A stretch of DNA of 64,000 bases, taken from a virus. The notes beneath the pieces were generated by a model. The model did not search any database. It worked only from the letters and a program-made list of their open reading frames with translations, and was not told where the DNA came from. Positions 27,481 to 38,600 of this stretch are shown here, piece by piece; positions within the stretch are counted from its first letter, which is position 1, and each line of letters opens with the position of its first letter. The DNA is taken from IMG/VR virus record IMGVR_UViG_3300010885_023630, positions 32,001 to 96,000 of that record; one strand, 5' to 3'. The position numbers and the translations under genes were made by a program.

Positions 27481-28176
27481 ATGAAAACTCTAATAGTAGG
27501 GTTTGGTGATAGTTGGACTTTTGGATCTGAATTAGATCGCCCACAAGAACAAAGTTGGGTAGCACAACTAGCTTCCAAACTTGATTGTGAACACGTTAAT
27601 CAAAGTTGCCCAGCAAGTAGCATTGGGCATTTAACCGTACAACTATTTGATTTTATTAAAAAAGACTATACAGATTATAAAAAAATCTTTATGGTTGGAC
27701 TATCTGGATCAACACGATACTTAACCTACAATAATTCTCGTAACGAGTTTGCTAACATAACACCCGACACAGTTTATAGCACTAGCGATATATACCCAAA
27801 CGGACAACCTCCGCAAACATTAGATCATATGCGTGAGCTATTAAAACAAACGTATATGTATGTTGAGCATACAGAGTACAATAAATTTTTAGCAACGCAA
27901 ACAATATTCTTATTTCAACAATATTGTTATCAACACAATATTGATGTAGTCTTTTTTAGTTACTTTGATAAAATTAATTTTGATAAAGAATTAGTTAATA
28001 CAGATATAATATATCCTACCAGCATAACACAAGCATTAACTGGCAGTGAGTATTCGCAAGAAACAATGACACATGAGTATTTTTTGGGCAAATTGTTTCA
28101 TCCAAACATCGCAGGTCATGCTAAAATAGCAGAACTATTAAAAGATTATTATGACAGCAATTATCCAGGGAATTGA
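27481..28176 (+). CDS. SGNH/GDSL hydrolase-like protein, copy 1
   Basis: GFGDSWTFG block I and HPNIAGH block V. Confidence 0.75.
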   Translation: MKTLIVGFGDSWTFGSELDRPQEQSWVAQLASKLDCEHVNQSCPASSIGHLTVQLFDFIKKDYTDYKKIFMVGLSGSTRYLTYNNSRNEFANITPDTVYSTSDIYPNGQPPQTLDHMRELLKQTYMYVEHTEYNKFLATQTIFLFQQYCYQHNIDVVFFSYFDKINFDKELVNTDIIYPTSITQALTGSEYSQETMTHEYFLGKLFHPNIAGHAKIAELLKDYYDSNYPGN

Positions 28177-29125
28177 AGGCGACGACCTTTCTTTTCACAT
28201 TCGATTATTAGGCAACGACATTAATCGTCTACCCAACGATGTTTGGTTTTACCCATTAAATGATCATTACAATATACACAGCGCATCTTGGCACGATGCC
28301 CAGGTAGAACAGATTAATCGTGCTCGTACTGTGGTATTTTATGATTTGGTTAATACTGGCGACTACGAACACAGCAGGTTTGTGAAATTTGTTGAAGAAT
28401 TTGAACACCCTAACAAGTATTATCTAACAGTAAACCAAAGTAACATAGAAATACCTGACGTTAAAATAATACAGTGGGACTTTATGTGGAATAGAATAAA
28501 AGCATATTATACAGCATCTATACCCGAAGAATTACACTTACATCATTACAGTTACGGTAACTATAAGTTATTTGATTTAGACTTTAATAGTCTTAGAAAT
28601 AAAAAGTTTTTGTCAATGACAGGTAGAGAATATGGATATCGCACACACCTATACAACTTTGTAAAAGATTACGATGGTTATATATCTAATAGAAGTTTAG
28701 GGATTACATTAGAGAACACAGAAGTCATGGGTGCGTTTAATCCTGTACCTAATAATTTTTATCTAGACAGTTATTTTAGTTTTTATGTTGAAAGTAATTG
28801 TCAACAACAAAATTTAATACACATAACAGAAAAAACATTTGAGCCTTTGATTAAAGGACATTTTATATTGCCTGTGAGTAACCCTGGTACTATAAGACGC
28901 TTACGTGATTTAGGGTTTGCGTTTCCTAAATTTATTGATTATAGTTTTGATGAAGAACTAGATACAGTTCAACGTTTTGAGTTAATTAAGTTAGAATTTA
29001 AACGCCTATTAGATCTAGATTGGCACACGCTATATAAAGACAACCAAGACATATTAATACATAATCAACGCTGTATATTTTCTATACCATACGATCGCAG
29101 ACTACTGGAAATTTTTAATGTATAA
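28151..29125 (+). CDS. Glycosyltransferase-like protein (GT-B; GT10/exostosin-like C-terminus)
   Basis: FYVESN...ITEKTFEPLIKGHFI...LRDLGF..FIDYSFD pattern. Confidence 0.5.
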   Translation: MTAIIQGIEGDDLSFHIRLLGNDINRLPNDVWFYPLNDHYNIHSASWHDAQVEQINRARTVVFYDLVNTGDYEHSRFVKFVEEFEHPNKYYLTVNQSNIEIPDVKIIQWDFMWNRIKAYYTASIPEELHLHHYSYGNYKLFDLDFNSLRNKKFLSMTGREYGYRTHLYNFVKDYDGYISNRSLGITLENTEVMGAFNPVPNNFYLDSYFSFYVESNCQQQNLIHITEKTFEPLIKGHFILPVSNPGTIRRLRDLGFAFPKFIDYSFDEELDTVQRFELIKLEFKRLLDLDWHTLYKDNQDILIHNQRCIFSIPYDRRLLEIFNV

Positions 29126-30020
29126 ATTTTATAACAATTTGTCTTTTGAACAAGCAATAGACCATAAACAACAAAACTGGAACATTGATGATCCATACAG
29201 CTACAGATGCTGGTACGAAGAAGATGTAACAGAAAAAGAAATATTAGTAATTACTGTTGGTGATAGTTGGACCTGGGGAGACCATTTGGGTGTAATAGAC
29301 TGGGACAAAGCCAGCAATGACCCTTGTAGAATGGAAGAAATAGCAGGGCGAGTATTAAGTAATCGTATGAGAGCCGACTGGGTTAATATTGCTCGCCCTG
29401 GTTGTAGTAACTATTGGATGATAGAACAATTAATAAACATAGAAGATCACTTACATCGTGTGCGTAACAAATACAAACAAATTTATGTAGTTGTAACATT
29501 AACAGAAGACTTGCGAGAATCAACTTACGCCAGGCGTATTAATGTTGATAAACCTTATCAAGAGTTTTGGGATAACAGCAATAGTATTAAAGAATTTTTA
29601 GTAAAAGTTGAAGGTTACTTGTTTTATAACTTAGAAGAATTCTTTAAACGTGTGCCGTTTGTTAACGCAAAAGTTAGTCGAGCATTTACTGATGTTTGGC
29701 TAGAAAATACCAGCCCGTTGTTATTAGAAAAAACCTGGTGTGATGTAATACAAGATAATATACAGTTTGACCGCTATTGGAAACCAGTTCCGTTTGTGGG
29801 ACAAATGGCTATAGATCCATTGAATGAAAAGTTTATGTCGCAGTTGTCGGGGCAACGTGAATTAAGATATAAGGAAGAATTCTTAGATATAATGGATCGG
29901 GTAGGTCGTAGATGGAACTTTTTAGGAGCCAGTGACTACAACTTAAAAGGCAGTACGTATCACCCAAATGCCGCAGGGCACCGACTTTGGGGAGATTATC
30001 TTTATGTACATATTAGGTAA
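29118..30020 (+). CDS. SGNH/GDSL hydrolase-like protein, copy 2
   Basis: TVGDSWTWG, NIARPGCSN and HPNAAGH motifs. Confidence 0.75.
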   Translation: MYKFYNNLSFEQAIDHKQQNWNIDDPYSYRCWYEEDVTEKEILVITVGDSWTWGDHLGVIDWDKASNDPCRMEEIAGRVLSNRMRADWVNIARPGCSNYWMIEQLINIEDHLHRVRNKYKQIYVVVTLTEDLRESTYARRINVDKPYQEFWDNSNSIKEFLVKVEGYLFYNLEEFFKRVPFVNAKVSRAFTDVWLENTSPLLLEKTWCDVIQDNIQFDRYWKPVPFVGQMAIDPLNEKFMSQLSGQRELRYKEEFLDIMDRVGRRWNFLGASDYNLKGSTYHPNAAGHRLWGDYLYVHIR

Positions 30021-30105
30021 ATACTTTGTTCACTCAAAATGAGTAACTCTTGTCGGTACCAAACCGCGGGTAGCCTAGAACGCTAAAATTAAAGGAGAAA
30101 TTAAA

Positions 30106-30546
30106 ATGGCAAAATTAAAAATCGCATCTAAAGAATCAAACGGCACATTACATGATCAAGACTCACCGGGCGTGGGTGGCGGTACAGGTGGTGCTAGTCA
30201 AGCAATTACAACCACTGGTGTAAAAACAATCAAGGTTGCATATAACACCGCGGCAAATACTCAAATTGCCAATGGTTATATCACAGCACAAAAAGGTGCT
30301 CACAAGTTCCGCGTAGTTGATCAATCGGTAGCTAACGCTACCACAGTTACATTGGTAAACACAGCAGTAGCCAATTTAAGAACAGCCAATCAAGGCACCA
30401 TTACCGGTTACAACACAAGTAATGTAGCATTTAACGCAACTCGTATTACTAACAAATTTGTTTACGATTTTGCTGGTAACAAAATGCGTTATGTATTAAG
30501 CCCATTGGTAGCCGGTAACGGTTTCGCTAACGTAGCTTCATACTAA
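30106..30546 (+). CDS. Virion structural protein (monocistronic, probably abundant)
   Basis: Late promoter 30018-23, AAGGAG RBS, terminator immediately downstream. Confidence 0.65.
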   Translation: MAKLKIASKESNGTLHDQDSPGVGGGTGGASQAITTTGVKTIKVAYNTAANTQIANGYITAQKGAHKFRVVDQSVANATTVTLVNTAVANLRTANQGTITGYNTSNVAFNATRITNKFVYDFAGNKMRYVLSPLVAGNGFANVASY

Positions 30547-30568
30547 TCTAATTTAGATTTGGATAATT

Positions 30569-30590
30569 AAACCCGCTTCGGCGGGTTTTT
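30569..30590 (+). terminator. Rho-independent terminator with UUCG loop
   Basis: AAACCCGC-TTCG-GCGGGTTTTT. Confidence 0.92.
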
Positions 30591-30647
30591 CATTGATTTA
30601 AGCATAAGATTCAAACAGCATAAATACTACATAAACAGGATACTTAA

Positions 30648-31184
30648 ATGAGTACGACTAAGAGAATTTCCGGCGATTATAACTTACAAACGCTAAATCC
30701 AACTGATAAGATCAACATCACTAGTAGTGCTGTTACAATCAACGGCAATTTGTTTGTTACTGGTAATAGCCAAAGCGTAGTAACTACAAATAGTGCCATT
30801 AGTGATCACGTCATTGTGTTAAATCACGGGTTAAGCAACGATGCGGATCCAAATCCGCTAGGCGCCGCGATTGAAGTAGATCGTGGAACTCGAGCTAACG
30901 TACAAATTCGTTGGAACGAAGGGTTGACTCGTTGGGAGTTATCTAACGATGGATCAAGCTATAGTAAAATTATTACTAGCGGCTCGATGGAAAATGCCAA
31001 CGTAAATATCACTGGGTATACAATTTATGACGCAACTGCCAATGTGGCGTTGTACGCAAATACAGTAGCCGGCGGAGGGTCTGGATTATTTGTTAACACA
31101 GGTACAACTCAACCAAACGTTGCTACCAAACAAGAATTAATTACCAAGAGCCGAGCTCTTGCTTTCAGCCTTATTTTAGGATAG
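30648..31184 (+). CDS. Virion structural/fibre-associated protein
   Basis: INGNLFVTG...IEVDRG..RWNE motif; first gene of the fibre operon. Confidence 0.65.
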   Translation: MSTTKRISGDYNLQTLNPTDKINITSSAVTINGNLFVTGNSQSVVTTNSAISDHVIVLNHGLSNDADPNPLGAAIEVDRGTRANVQIRWNEGLTRWELSNDGSSYSKIITSGSMENANVNITGYTIYDATANVALYANTVAGGGSGLFVNTGTTQPNVATKQELITKSRALAFSLILG

Positions 31185-31194
31185 GATTATTTAA

Positions 31195-31509
31195 ATGGCA
31201 TTCACTAATACATCAGTAACTACAACAGCTGGTTCAATCTATACCGCATCTAGCGCAAGCGGAAGTATTATTACAACAATTCATTTGTGTAACTATACCA
31301 ACACACCTGTAACAGCAAATATCTACGCTGTACAGAACGGTGGAACACCAAATAACAGTTCTATCATTTATTCAAATGTCAGTATAACCGCATACAATAC
31401 ATTGATCATTAATACAGAAAAATTTATTTTAGAGGCAGGCGATAAGATTTATGCTAACGTAAGCGCAAACGCTAGTGTAACAGCAACAGTGAGCGCATAC
31501 GGAATTTAA
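31195..31509 (+). CDS. Small virion structural protein
   Basis: Beta-rich ORF (LCN...ILEAGDKI) with RBS, within the operon. Confidence 0.6.
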   Translation: MAFTNTSVTTTAGSIYTASSASGSIITTIHLCNYTNTPVTANIYAVQNGGTPNNSSIIYSNVSITAYNTLIINTEKFILEAGDKIYANVSANASVTATVSAYGI

Positions 31510-31511
31510 CG

Positions 31512-31937
31512 ATGGCACGATTTCTTAAGAACCCAGACCTAGCACCGGGTACCTTGGCGGCCAAACTTCCTATTGCTGGCAATGCCCTAGGCGATGCGCC
31601 AATTACTGGTCTAATCAGATTTAACCAGGACAATAATAGAATTGAATTTTATTACAACAATCAATGGAATCAAGTTGCCAAGATTGGCACAGTACAATTG
31701 GTTGTAGACGACCTAGTAGGTGATGGTACGCAACAAGTATTCCATATGGCACAGGCAGAATCGGATCCTAAAGCTATAGCAGTATTCATTGGTGGCGTTT
31801 ACCAACAACCTAATACCAATTATACGGTCAATGGAACTGAGTACATTACTTTTACTAGCCCGCCACCAGTACCATCTGGTATTAGTCCAAACAGAATTAC
31901 TATAATTCATAATATTAATAGTACCAACGCTACCTAG
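31512..31937 (+). CDS. Virion structural protein
   Basis: GLIRFN...EFY and VFIGGVYQQP...ITFTSPP modules shared with neighbouring fibre genes. Confidence 0.65.
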   Translation: MARFLKNPDLAPGTLAAKLPIAGNALGDAPITGLIRFNQDNNRIEFYYNNQWNQVAKIGTVQLVVDDLVGDGTQQVFHMAQAESDPKAIAVFIGGVYQQPNTNYTVNGTEYITFTSPPPVPSGISPNRITIIHNINSTNAT

Positions 31938-31945
31938 GAGCTCGA

Positions 31946-33913
31946 ATGGCAATCGGACGCATTACCGGACCAATGCTATACGGCAACCTGGAACGTCAGG
32001 GTGTTGATTTAGCGATAGACGGAAATTTAGTTTACGCTGACGTAACTAATCGCCGTGTTGGTATTAATACATCCTCTCCTCAGTACGCACTAGATGTCCT
32101 TGGAAACGCTCATATAGGTAATCTATATGTTCAAGGTAATCAATTAACTAGCGACACAGGGATAATCAACTTTGGATTACCTGCTAATATTTCGTTAGCT
32201 GGAGGAACCCCGTACGATGTGTTGTACACAGACGGAAATGGAAATTTAGCATTTGCCAACTTAAACGTAATTTCGGGATTAGATGCGTTTACCGGTAATA
32301 ATATTATCTTAGGATCTAATACAGCCGGTTATATGGTAAGTAATGCTGTAACACTTACTACTAATACAACAGTGACAGACGGATTAGCACAGATAAACTA
32401 TGTACTAGGTAAACTAGTACCACCAAGCCCTCCACCGTTCCCTGGAGCAAACACACTGGCATTAACAACTAGTACCACTTCGGCCTACATGACTAATTAT
32501 GTACAGCCAGATAATTCTGGATGGGGTAATTTAAGTATAGCCGCTGGTGCCGCAGTTAACGCGGTGCGTACAACCACATACGCAACAGGTACAACTATCA
32601 GCGCAGTTGGACCGGGTAACATGGGTACTGTAACAGCATATCTCAACGGCAGAGATGCCGGCAACGTAACCTTAACTGGAACCAGCAGTGGAACATATAG
32701 CAATTTAATTATAGCCAACAACCAAGATTACCACAATGTGGTCAGCACAGTTACGGCCGGTTTCTGGTATAGTTTTGATGCCAGGGCGGCAGGTAATGCG
32801 CCAACTGGTTGGAACAGAGTACACATCAGAGATTCGGGAACAGGTGGCAATACCAACGTAGTAACTTGGTTTTACGATTCGGCTGCTCCAGGAACACCAA
32901 CATTTAGTAATACCAGCATATCGTTAACAACAAATACAGTTACATATTCTAGCACTATACCAATGTTAACCAGTGGTGCTCAGGCAACGCTTAAAGGTAA
33001 TGTGGCGGTACTAAGCGGCAATACCTATCCACAATCAACAAACCTAACATCATCTACAGCTGCAGGTGGTGCGTTTCAAGCACCAACATCTGTAACGTAT
33101 GCCGCTGCCGGTATAACAACACCATTGGCACAAAATTTATATGTAAGCTCAGGTAGCGCATATTTCCAAACAACTTCTAGTATTATCGCATCTGGGTTTG
33201 GGTCAAGTCCCACAGGTCCTTCACTAACAGTTAATAACAGCTACAATACCGGCTCGGCAACATTTAGCCCTGGGGTAACAATACTATATAAAAATGGTAC
33301 TGGTAATAACATTGAAGAAACTAGTATTCCTGTAACCAGTGTGGGCACAGGATCTGGCAATGCTTACCGTATTGTAAATCCTGGTTCAAGCGACACTCCT
33401 GCGTATACAGGAAGCGAAGCGGCATTTAATAGTACAACAGGACCTTTCTACACATACGACGCAACCAACGTAGCCGCAACAATAAAATTTGATCAAACAA
33501 ATTATTCAACTGGGTATTGGCCCGTCGGCCCTAACTTGTCCGCACAAGCGGCCAGTCAGTACTTTACATTTAAGTTTGTGCGTACGGCTGTTAGTAAATT
33601 TAATATTTCCTGGACCGGCACTATTGCCGGCCTATGGGTGGCATTACCTGGACAAAGTAATACCTATTCTGGACTTAACGGATGGTATACTATGAGTAGT
33701 CCTTACGCAGGCTCTGGAATCCCGGGAACAGTTGGCGGTAACGGAAGCAACGGATGTAGTGTGGGCGGATTTAGTTTAACTGGCGGTAGCTACACAGCAA
33801 CATTTGGTACGCTAAGTTCCAGTAACGCAACCGGCAATGAAATTTATGTAAGAATTAAATTAACAAGTGGACAAAGTATTTCTGCTTTAAGCATAGTGGC
33901 GGCAACTAACTAA
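31946..33913 (+). CDS. Tail fibre/structural protein
   Basis: RVGINTSSPQYALDV fibre motif; Thr/Ser/Gly/Asn-rich. Confidence 0.7.
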   Translation: MAIGRITGPMLYGNLERQGVDLAIDGNLVYADVTNRRVGINTSSPQYALDVLGNAHIGNLYVQGNQLTSDTGIINFGLPANISLAGGTPYDVLYTDGNGNLAFANLNVISGLDAFTGNNIILGSNTAGYMVSNAVTLTTNTTVTDGLAQINYVLGKLVPPSPPPFPGANTLALTTSTTSAYMTNYVQPDNSGWGNLSIAAGAAVNAVRTTTYATGTTISAVGPGNMGTVTAYLNGRDAGNVTLTGTSSGTYSNLIIANNQDYHNVVSTVTAGFWYSFDARAAGNAPTGWNRVHIRDSGTGGNTNVVTWFYDSAAPGTPTFSNTSISLTTNTVTYSSTIPMLTSGAQATLKGNVAVLSGNTYPQSTNLTSSTAAGGAFQAPTSVTYAAAGITTPLAQNLYVSSGSAYFQTTSSIIASGFGSSPTGPSLTVNNSYNTGSATFSPGVTILYKNGTGNNIEETSIPVTSVGTGSGNAYRIVNPGSSDTPAYTGSEAAFNSTTGPFYTYDATNVAATIKFDQTNYSTGYWPVGPNLSAQAASQYFTFKFVRTAVSKFNISWTGTIAGLWVALPGQSNTYSGLNGWYTMSSPYAGSGIPGTVGGNGSNGCSVGGFSLTGGSYTATFGTLSSSNATGNEIYVRIKLTSGQSISALSIVAATN

Positions 33914-35589
33914 TGACTATATCACAAGCACAAACCGTTGACCTACTAAACAAGAAATTAGCTTCTTTAGCTAAGACTGACGTTTCTACGGCCAAAGGCC
34001 CAAGCAATGAAACAATCGCTAGTCCGCTACTGGTACCCGGCAGTACAATTTGGCAATTAGATTCTCAAATTGTTAGCACACCCACTTTGCCAACCAGTAA
34101 CTCAAGTGTAGTTACCGTATACAGAGACAGTTTAAGCACAACAATCCAATGTACCAGAGATGGGACTGCGTCGGGCACTAATCAGACCTGGTTAACAAAT
34201 CTAATAGATTGGGTACCGCCAAGTTTTGGCTCAGGTTACCAAATCCAATTATATGCAGCACCTGTGGGTTATTCTGCGAATGTAATGACATCGGGGGTAT
34301 CGTTGGCGCAGGCCGGCTCAGGTAATAATGATTCTTGGACATTTGATTATCAAGCCGGGGTTATTAACTTTGCCGATACAACGGTCCCAACATCGGTAAC
34401 ATGGAACGGCACAACAGGCAATGTGGTTTATGCAGTTGGCGCACGTTATACTGGCACCAAAGGTATTGGTAATTTTACAAACGGTATACAAGTTGGTAAC
34501 GTTAGTGTTATTGGTAACGTTATTTCCAGTACCGTTGGTAATTTAGTAATACCACAAGTGACAACAAGCAATATTGGCATTAGCGGTGGATATATTAGTA
34601 ATGTGGCAAACCTTTATGCTACCACAGGTAGTATAACTAATTTTAGTTCCAGTAACGTACAAATTACAGGCGGTAATTTAATTAATATGGCCTTGGAGAA
34701 TATTACTACGCTTCAGGCAACAAACTTTAGTACAGCCAATGCTCAGATCACAGGTGGTAATTTAATTAATATGACCTTGGAGAATGTCACAAGTCTTCAA
34801 GCAACAAACTTCAGTACAGCCAATGCTCAGATAACAGGTGGTAATGTAACAGCTGGTACTATTACAATATCTAATAGTAGTATTAGTAGTCCTGACGTAA
34901 TTACATTTTATTCTGCCGGCGGAGCAATTACTTTACCTGTGGGTGGGAATATTGCTAGACCCAATAGCCCAGTAGCTGGGGAAATTAGGTTTAACACTGA
35001 TTACCAGTCTGTTGAATTTTACAACGGCCAGGGTTGGATTAACATTATCAACAGCATTGATGGGCAAAACTTTTACGGTGATGGTGTTAATAACACATAT
35101 ATATTAAATCACTTTACTACCAGCTCCGGTGTTCTAGTAAGTATTAACGGTACAGTACAGCAACCAGGATTTGCTTATAACATTTCTGGTACACAGATTA
35201 CATTTACAGAAACACCGTTAGCGTCAGACCAAATTGATATACGTTATCTAGCGGCCAGTACGGCCAACGCCAACGATATTACTGTGATTGACACAGGCAA
35301 TGTCACAGTGGGAACAGGAGCAACAACCTTTGATGTATTTCCTACTAATATGTACAGAAGCGTAAAGTACACGTTAAGCAGTACTAATGGAGTTGACCAA
35401 CAAATATCAGACGTTTTAGTAATTCATAACGGAACTAATAGTTTTATAACTACCGTATCAAATTTAAGAACAGGGTCAAATTCCCTAACATTTACTACGT
35501 CTTTAGCTTTGGGCAATGTTACTGTACAAGCCACAGGAACCACAGGAAATAACAAAGTTAGAATACAACGTACATATTTCCAGGTGTAA
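33913..35589 (+). CDS. Tail fibre/structural protein with internal 28-aa duplication
   Basis: QITGGNLINMxLENxTxLQATNFSTANA x2 (~34660-34845); GEIRFN module; C-terminal YRSVKY domain. Confidence 0.7.
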   Translation: MTISQAQTVDLLNKKLASLAKTDVSTAKGPSNETIASPLLVPGSTIWQLDSQIVSTPTLPTSNSSVVTVYRDSLSTTIQCTRDGTASGTNQTWLTNLIDWVPPSFGSGYQIQLYAAPVGYSANVMTSGVSLAQAGSGNNDSWTFDYQAGVINFADTTVPTSVTWNGTTGNVVYAVGARYTGTKGIGNFTNGIQVGNVSVIGNVISSTVGNLVIPQVTTSNIGISGGYISNVANLYATTGSITNFSSSNVQITGGNLINMALENITTLQATNFSTANAQITGGNLINMTLENVTSLQATNFSTANAQITGGNVTAGTITISNSSISSPDVITFYSAGGAITLPVGGNIARPNSPVAGEIRFNTDYQSVEFYNGQGWINIINSIDGQNFYGDGVNNTYILNHFTTSSGVLVSINGTVQQPGFAYNISGTQITFTETPLASDQIDIRYLAASTANANDITVIDTGNVTVGTGATTFDVFPTNMYRSVKYTLSSTNGVDQQISDVLVIHNGTNSFITTVSNLRTGSNSLTFTTSLALGNVTVQATGTTGNNKVRIQRTYFQV

Positions 35590-35640
35590 CTTAAATGAAT
35601 ATGTTTTTGCTAAATACGTTATACCCAGGAGCTCTTTAGC

Positions 35641-38600
35641 ATGGCCAACTTAACAAGAATACAGAATAACCAGATTACCGATAGTACAATCCAGGCCAGC
35701 GCAAAATTGGCGTCCGGGTCAATTACCGGTAATTTACTAGCAAGTACAGTAACGTTTAACAGTAATATTACCATTCTTGGTAATTTAACAGTTGCAAATA
35801 ATTACGTACAATTAAACTCAATTAACACATATATCAATGATCCATTGGTTGTTTTTAACAACGGATACAACGGATCTCCCAGCTACGATATTGGTATTTT
35901 AGTTAATCGTAACTTACAAACACTAAGCGGATACGGTGGGGTTAATACAGCTTTTGTATGGAAAGAAGCAGATTCAGCATTTGAAGCAATTGCCACCACA
36001 GAAACAGGAACACTAGCTGGGTCAATTAATAATTCGGGTTGGGCAAACATTAAGACTGGTAATGCCACAATCAATGGAACAGCCACAATTACTAGCATTT
36101 TGGGAGTGACCGGAGATGCAACATTTACTACAGGTAATATTGCTGGCTTACAAGTTAAAGCTCTTGGTAATGTAACACCCGGGACTGGCGCATTTACAAC
36201 TGTAAGTACTACCGGCAACTTAACTGTTGGCGGCCTGATGTCGATTACCGGCAACATTGTACCAAGCGCAAACGTAACGTACAGTTTAGGTACACCAACT
36301 AACAGATTTAAAGATTTATGGTTAAGTGGAAGCACAATGTATCTAGGCGGCTTTGTGTTGTCTGAAGACGTTAACGGAAATATAAATCTTACAACAAATA
36401 ACGGCAATCGTCTAACAATAGTTGGTACGGTTGCAAACACAGTAATTACAACAGGCAATATTGTAGCACCATACCACTTGGGTAATATAGTAGGTGCTAT
36501 TGCTACTCATACAACCATTACCACTGCTGGACTACAAGCACAGGCAATTGGTAACGTAACAGCAGGAACTGGCGCATTCACAACAGTTACAGCTGGCGGA
36601 TTACAAGCACAGTCAATCGGTAATATAACACCCGGTACTTATGTATTCACAACTGGATCGGTAGCTGGACTACAAGCACAGTCAATTGGTAACGCAACAC
36701 CGGGAACTGGTGCGTTTACTACACTAACAGCAAGTGGCGTTACACAAGTAACAAATGCCACAGCATCTACAGCAACTAATAATGGCGCATTGGTAGTAAC
36801 CGGCGGTGTCGGTATTGGTGGCGATTTAAATGTTGGCGGCCAAACATTGTTAACTGGCAACGTAAGCATTGGTGGTAACTTAACAGTAACAGGTCAAAGC
36901 GTAAGCATTGGTTCTACTTCGTTAAGTATCAATGATCCAATTATTAATTTACATACACCAAGTGATCTAACACCATTAACAAGTAACGATGGTGCTGATA
37001 TTGGTATTAAATTCCATTACTACAACGGAGCCGATAAAGCGGCATTCCTTGGAATGGCCAATGACAGTAAGATGTTAGAATGGTACGACTCTGGTAGCGA
37101 TACTGGTAACGTTTTCTCTGGCACAAACTACGGTGGCATTAAAGCTGGTCGTTTAATATTATCTAATGCGTCGGTACTTGGCGGTGGCCTATCAGCCAAT
37201 ACCGGTACATTCCAAGTTTATGGCGATGGTAGTATCAATGGTAATTTATATGTTGGTGCGGCATTCCTAGCAGGCACAGCAAGTTTTGCCGCTATTAATA
37301 GCACCGTAATTGGTAATATAACACCTGCTGCCGGCACATTTACATACGTAACTGTTACTCAAGGGTTTAGCTCAGCCAACGCTCGCATTGTTGGCGCACA
37401 AAGTTATATTGGTGGTGGCACACAAATTGCTAACGTAAGTGCTCAATATGGTACATTCCCTAATTTATCAAGTACCAACGTATTAGTCAGTGGCGGTAGC
37501 TTAACTAATTTAACACAAGTAACAGCTACAAACGTTGATGCCGGCACAATCGTAACAACAAACCTTGGTTCAGGTAATGCCCGTATCGCTGGCGGTTACG
37601 CAGATAATTTTGCAATTGGTTCTAACACAGCGGCCACAGGTAGATTCACAACATTAACTTCAACTGGTGTAACAACAAGCTCTGGTAATTTGGTTGCTAA
37701 TAGTCAAGTTAACAGTACAAACAGCACAAGCGGAGCATTGACAGTGGTCGGTGGCGCAGGTATTGCCGCTAACGTATTTGTTGGTGGAGCAACAACATTT
37801 GGTTCTAATCAAACTGCTGGCTACGATCACATTGTTATGGGCAAGAATGATGCTACTCTAATGTGGGCACGTAGTGGCGTTGTATATGATCAAGTATTAA
37901 TTGGCAACACCGCAACAGTTTCTAACCTGGTACGTGGTGCTAAGTTGATTGTTAACAGCACAGACTCAATGATACTACCTGCTGGTACTAATGCTCAAAG
38001 ACCAAGCAGTACACTTGGTTCTGACACAGAAGGTATGTTCCGATATAACACAACGGCCCATGCTCCAGAATATTTTAATGGCACAACTTGGCAAAGTATT
38101 GTACCAAACTATACTGTTATTACAGACGAAACATTTACTGGTACTGGATCACAATACAACTTTACACTTGGAGCATCATCAACTACAGCTGGAACCATTG
38201 TAGCAATTAACGGTGTTATACAGTTCCCAACTTTTGCCTACTCGGTAACAGGAGCAACACTAACATTTACTGAAGCACCACTTACTACTGACGTCATTGA
38301 CGTTAGAAGATTAACTACAACAAGTCAAGTTACTACGTTAGCCAGTGTAAACGGATACATGACGATTAGCACTGATAATAACGGGGTATACATTAGCACA
38401 GGAACAGTTGCTCCGGTGGTAACAACGTCTTGGAATACCAGCGGCGCAGAAGTTAACTCCACCGGTAACGCAGTAGTAACCACAGCAAGTACACCAACAG
38501 TGGTTGATAGTTTTGATGCTACACTATACAGCTCGGCAGAATACACAATCACATCAACAATTCAAGGTACAAATGTACGTGAAATTGTCAAAGTATTGGC

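Noticed and set aside
30545-30567. Third TGGATAAT and an AATCTA-N3-TAGATT palindrome before a terminator
   Set aside because: It lacks the GTGAC-N9 partner and is likely chance in AT-rich sequence.
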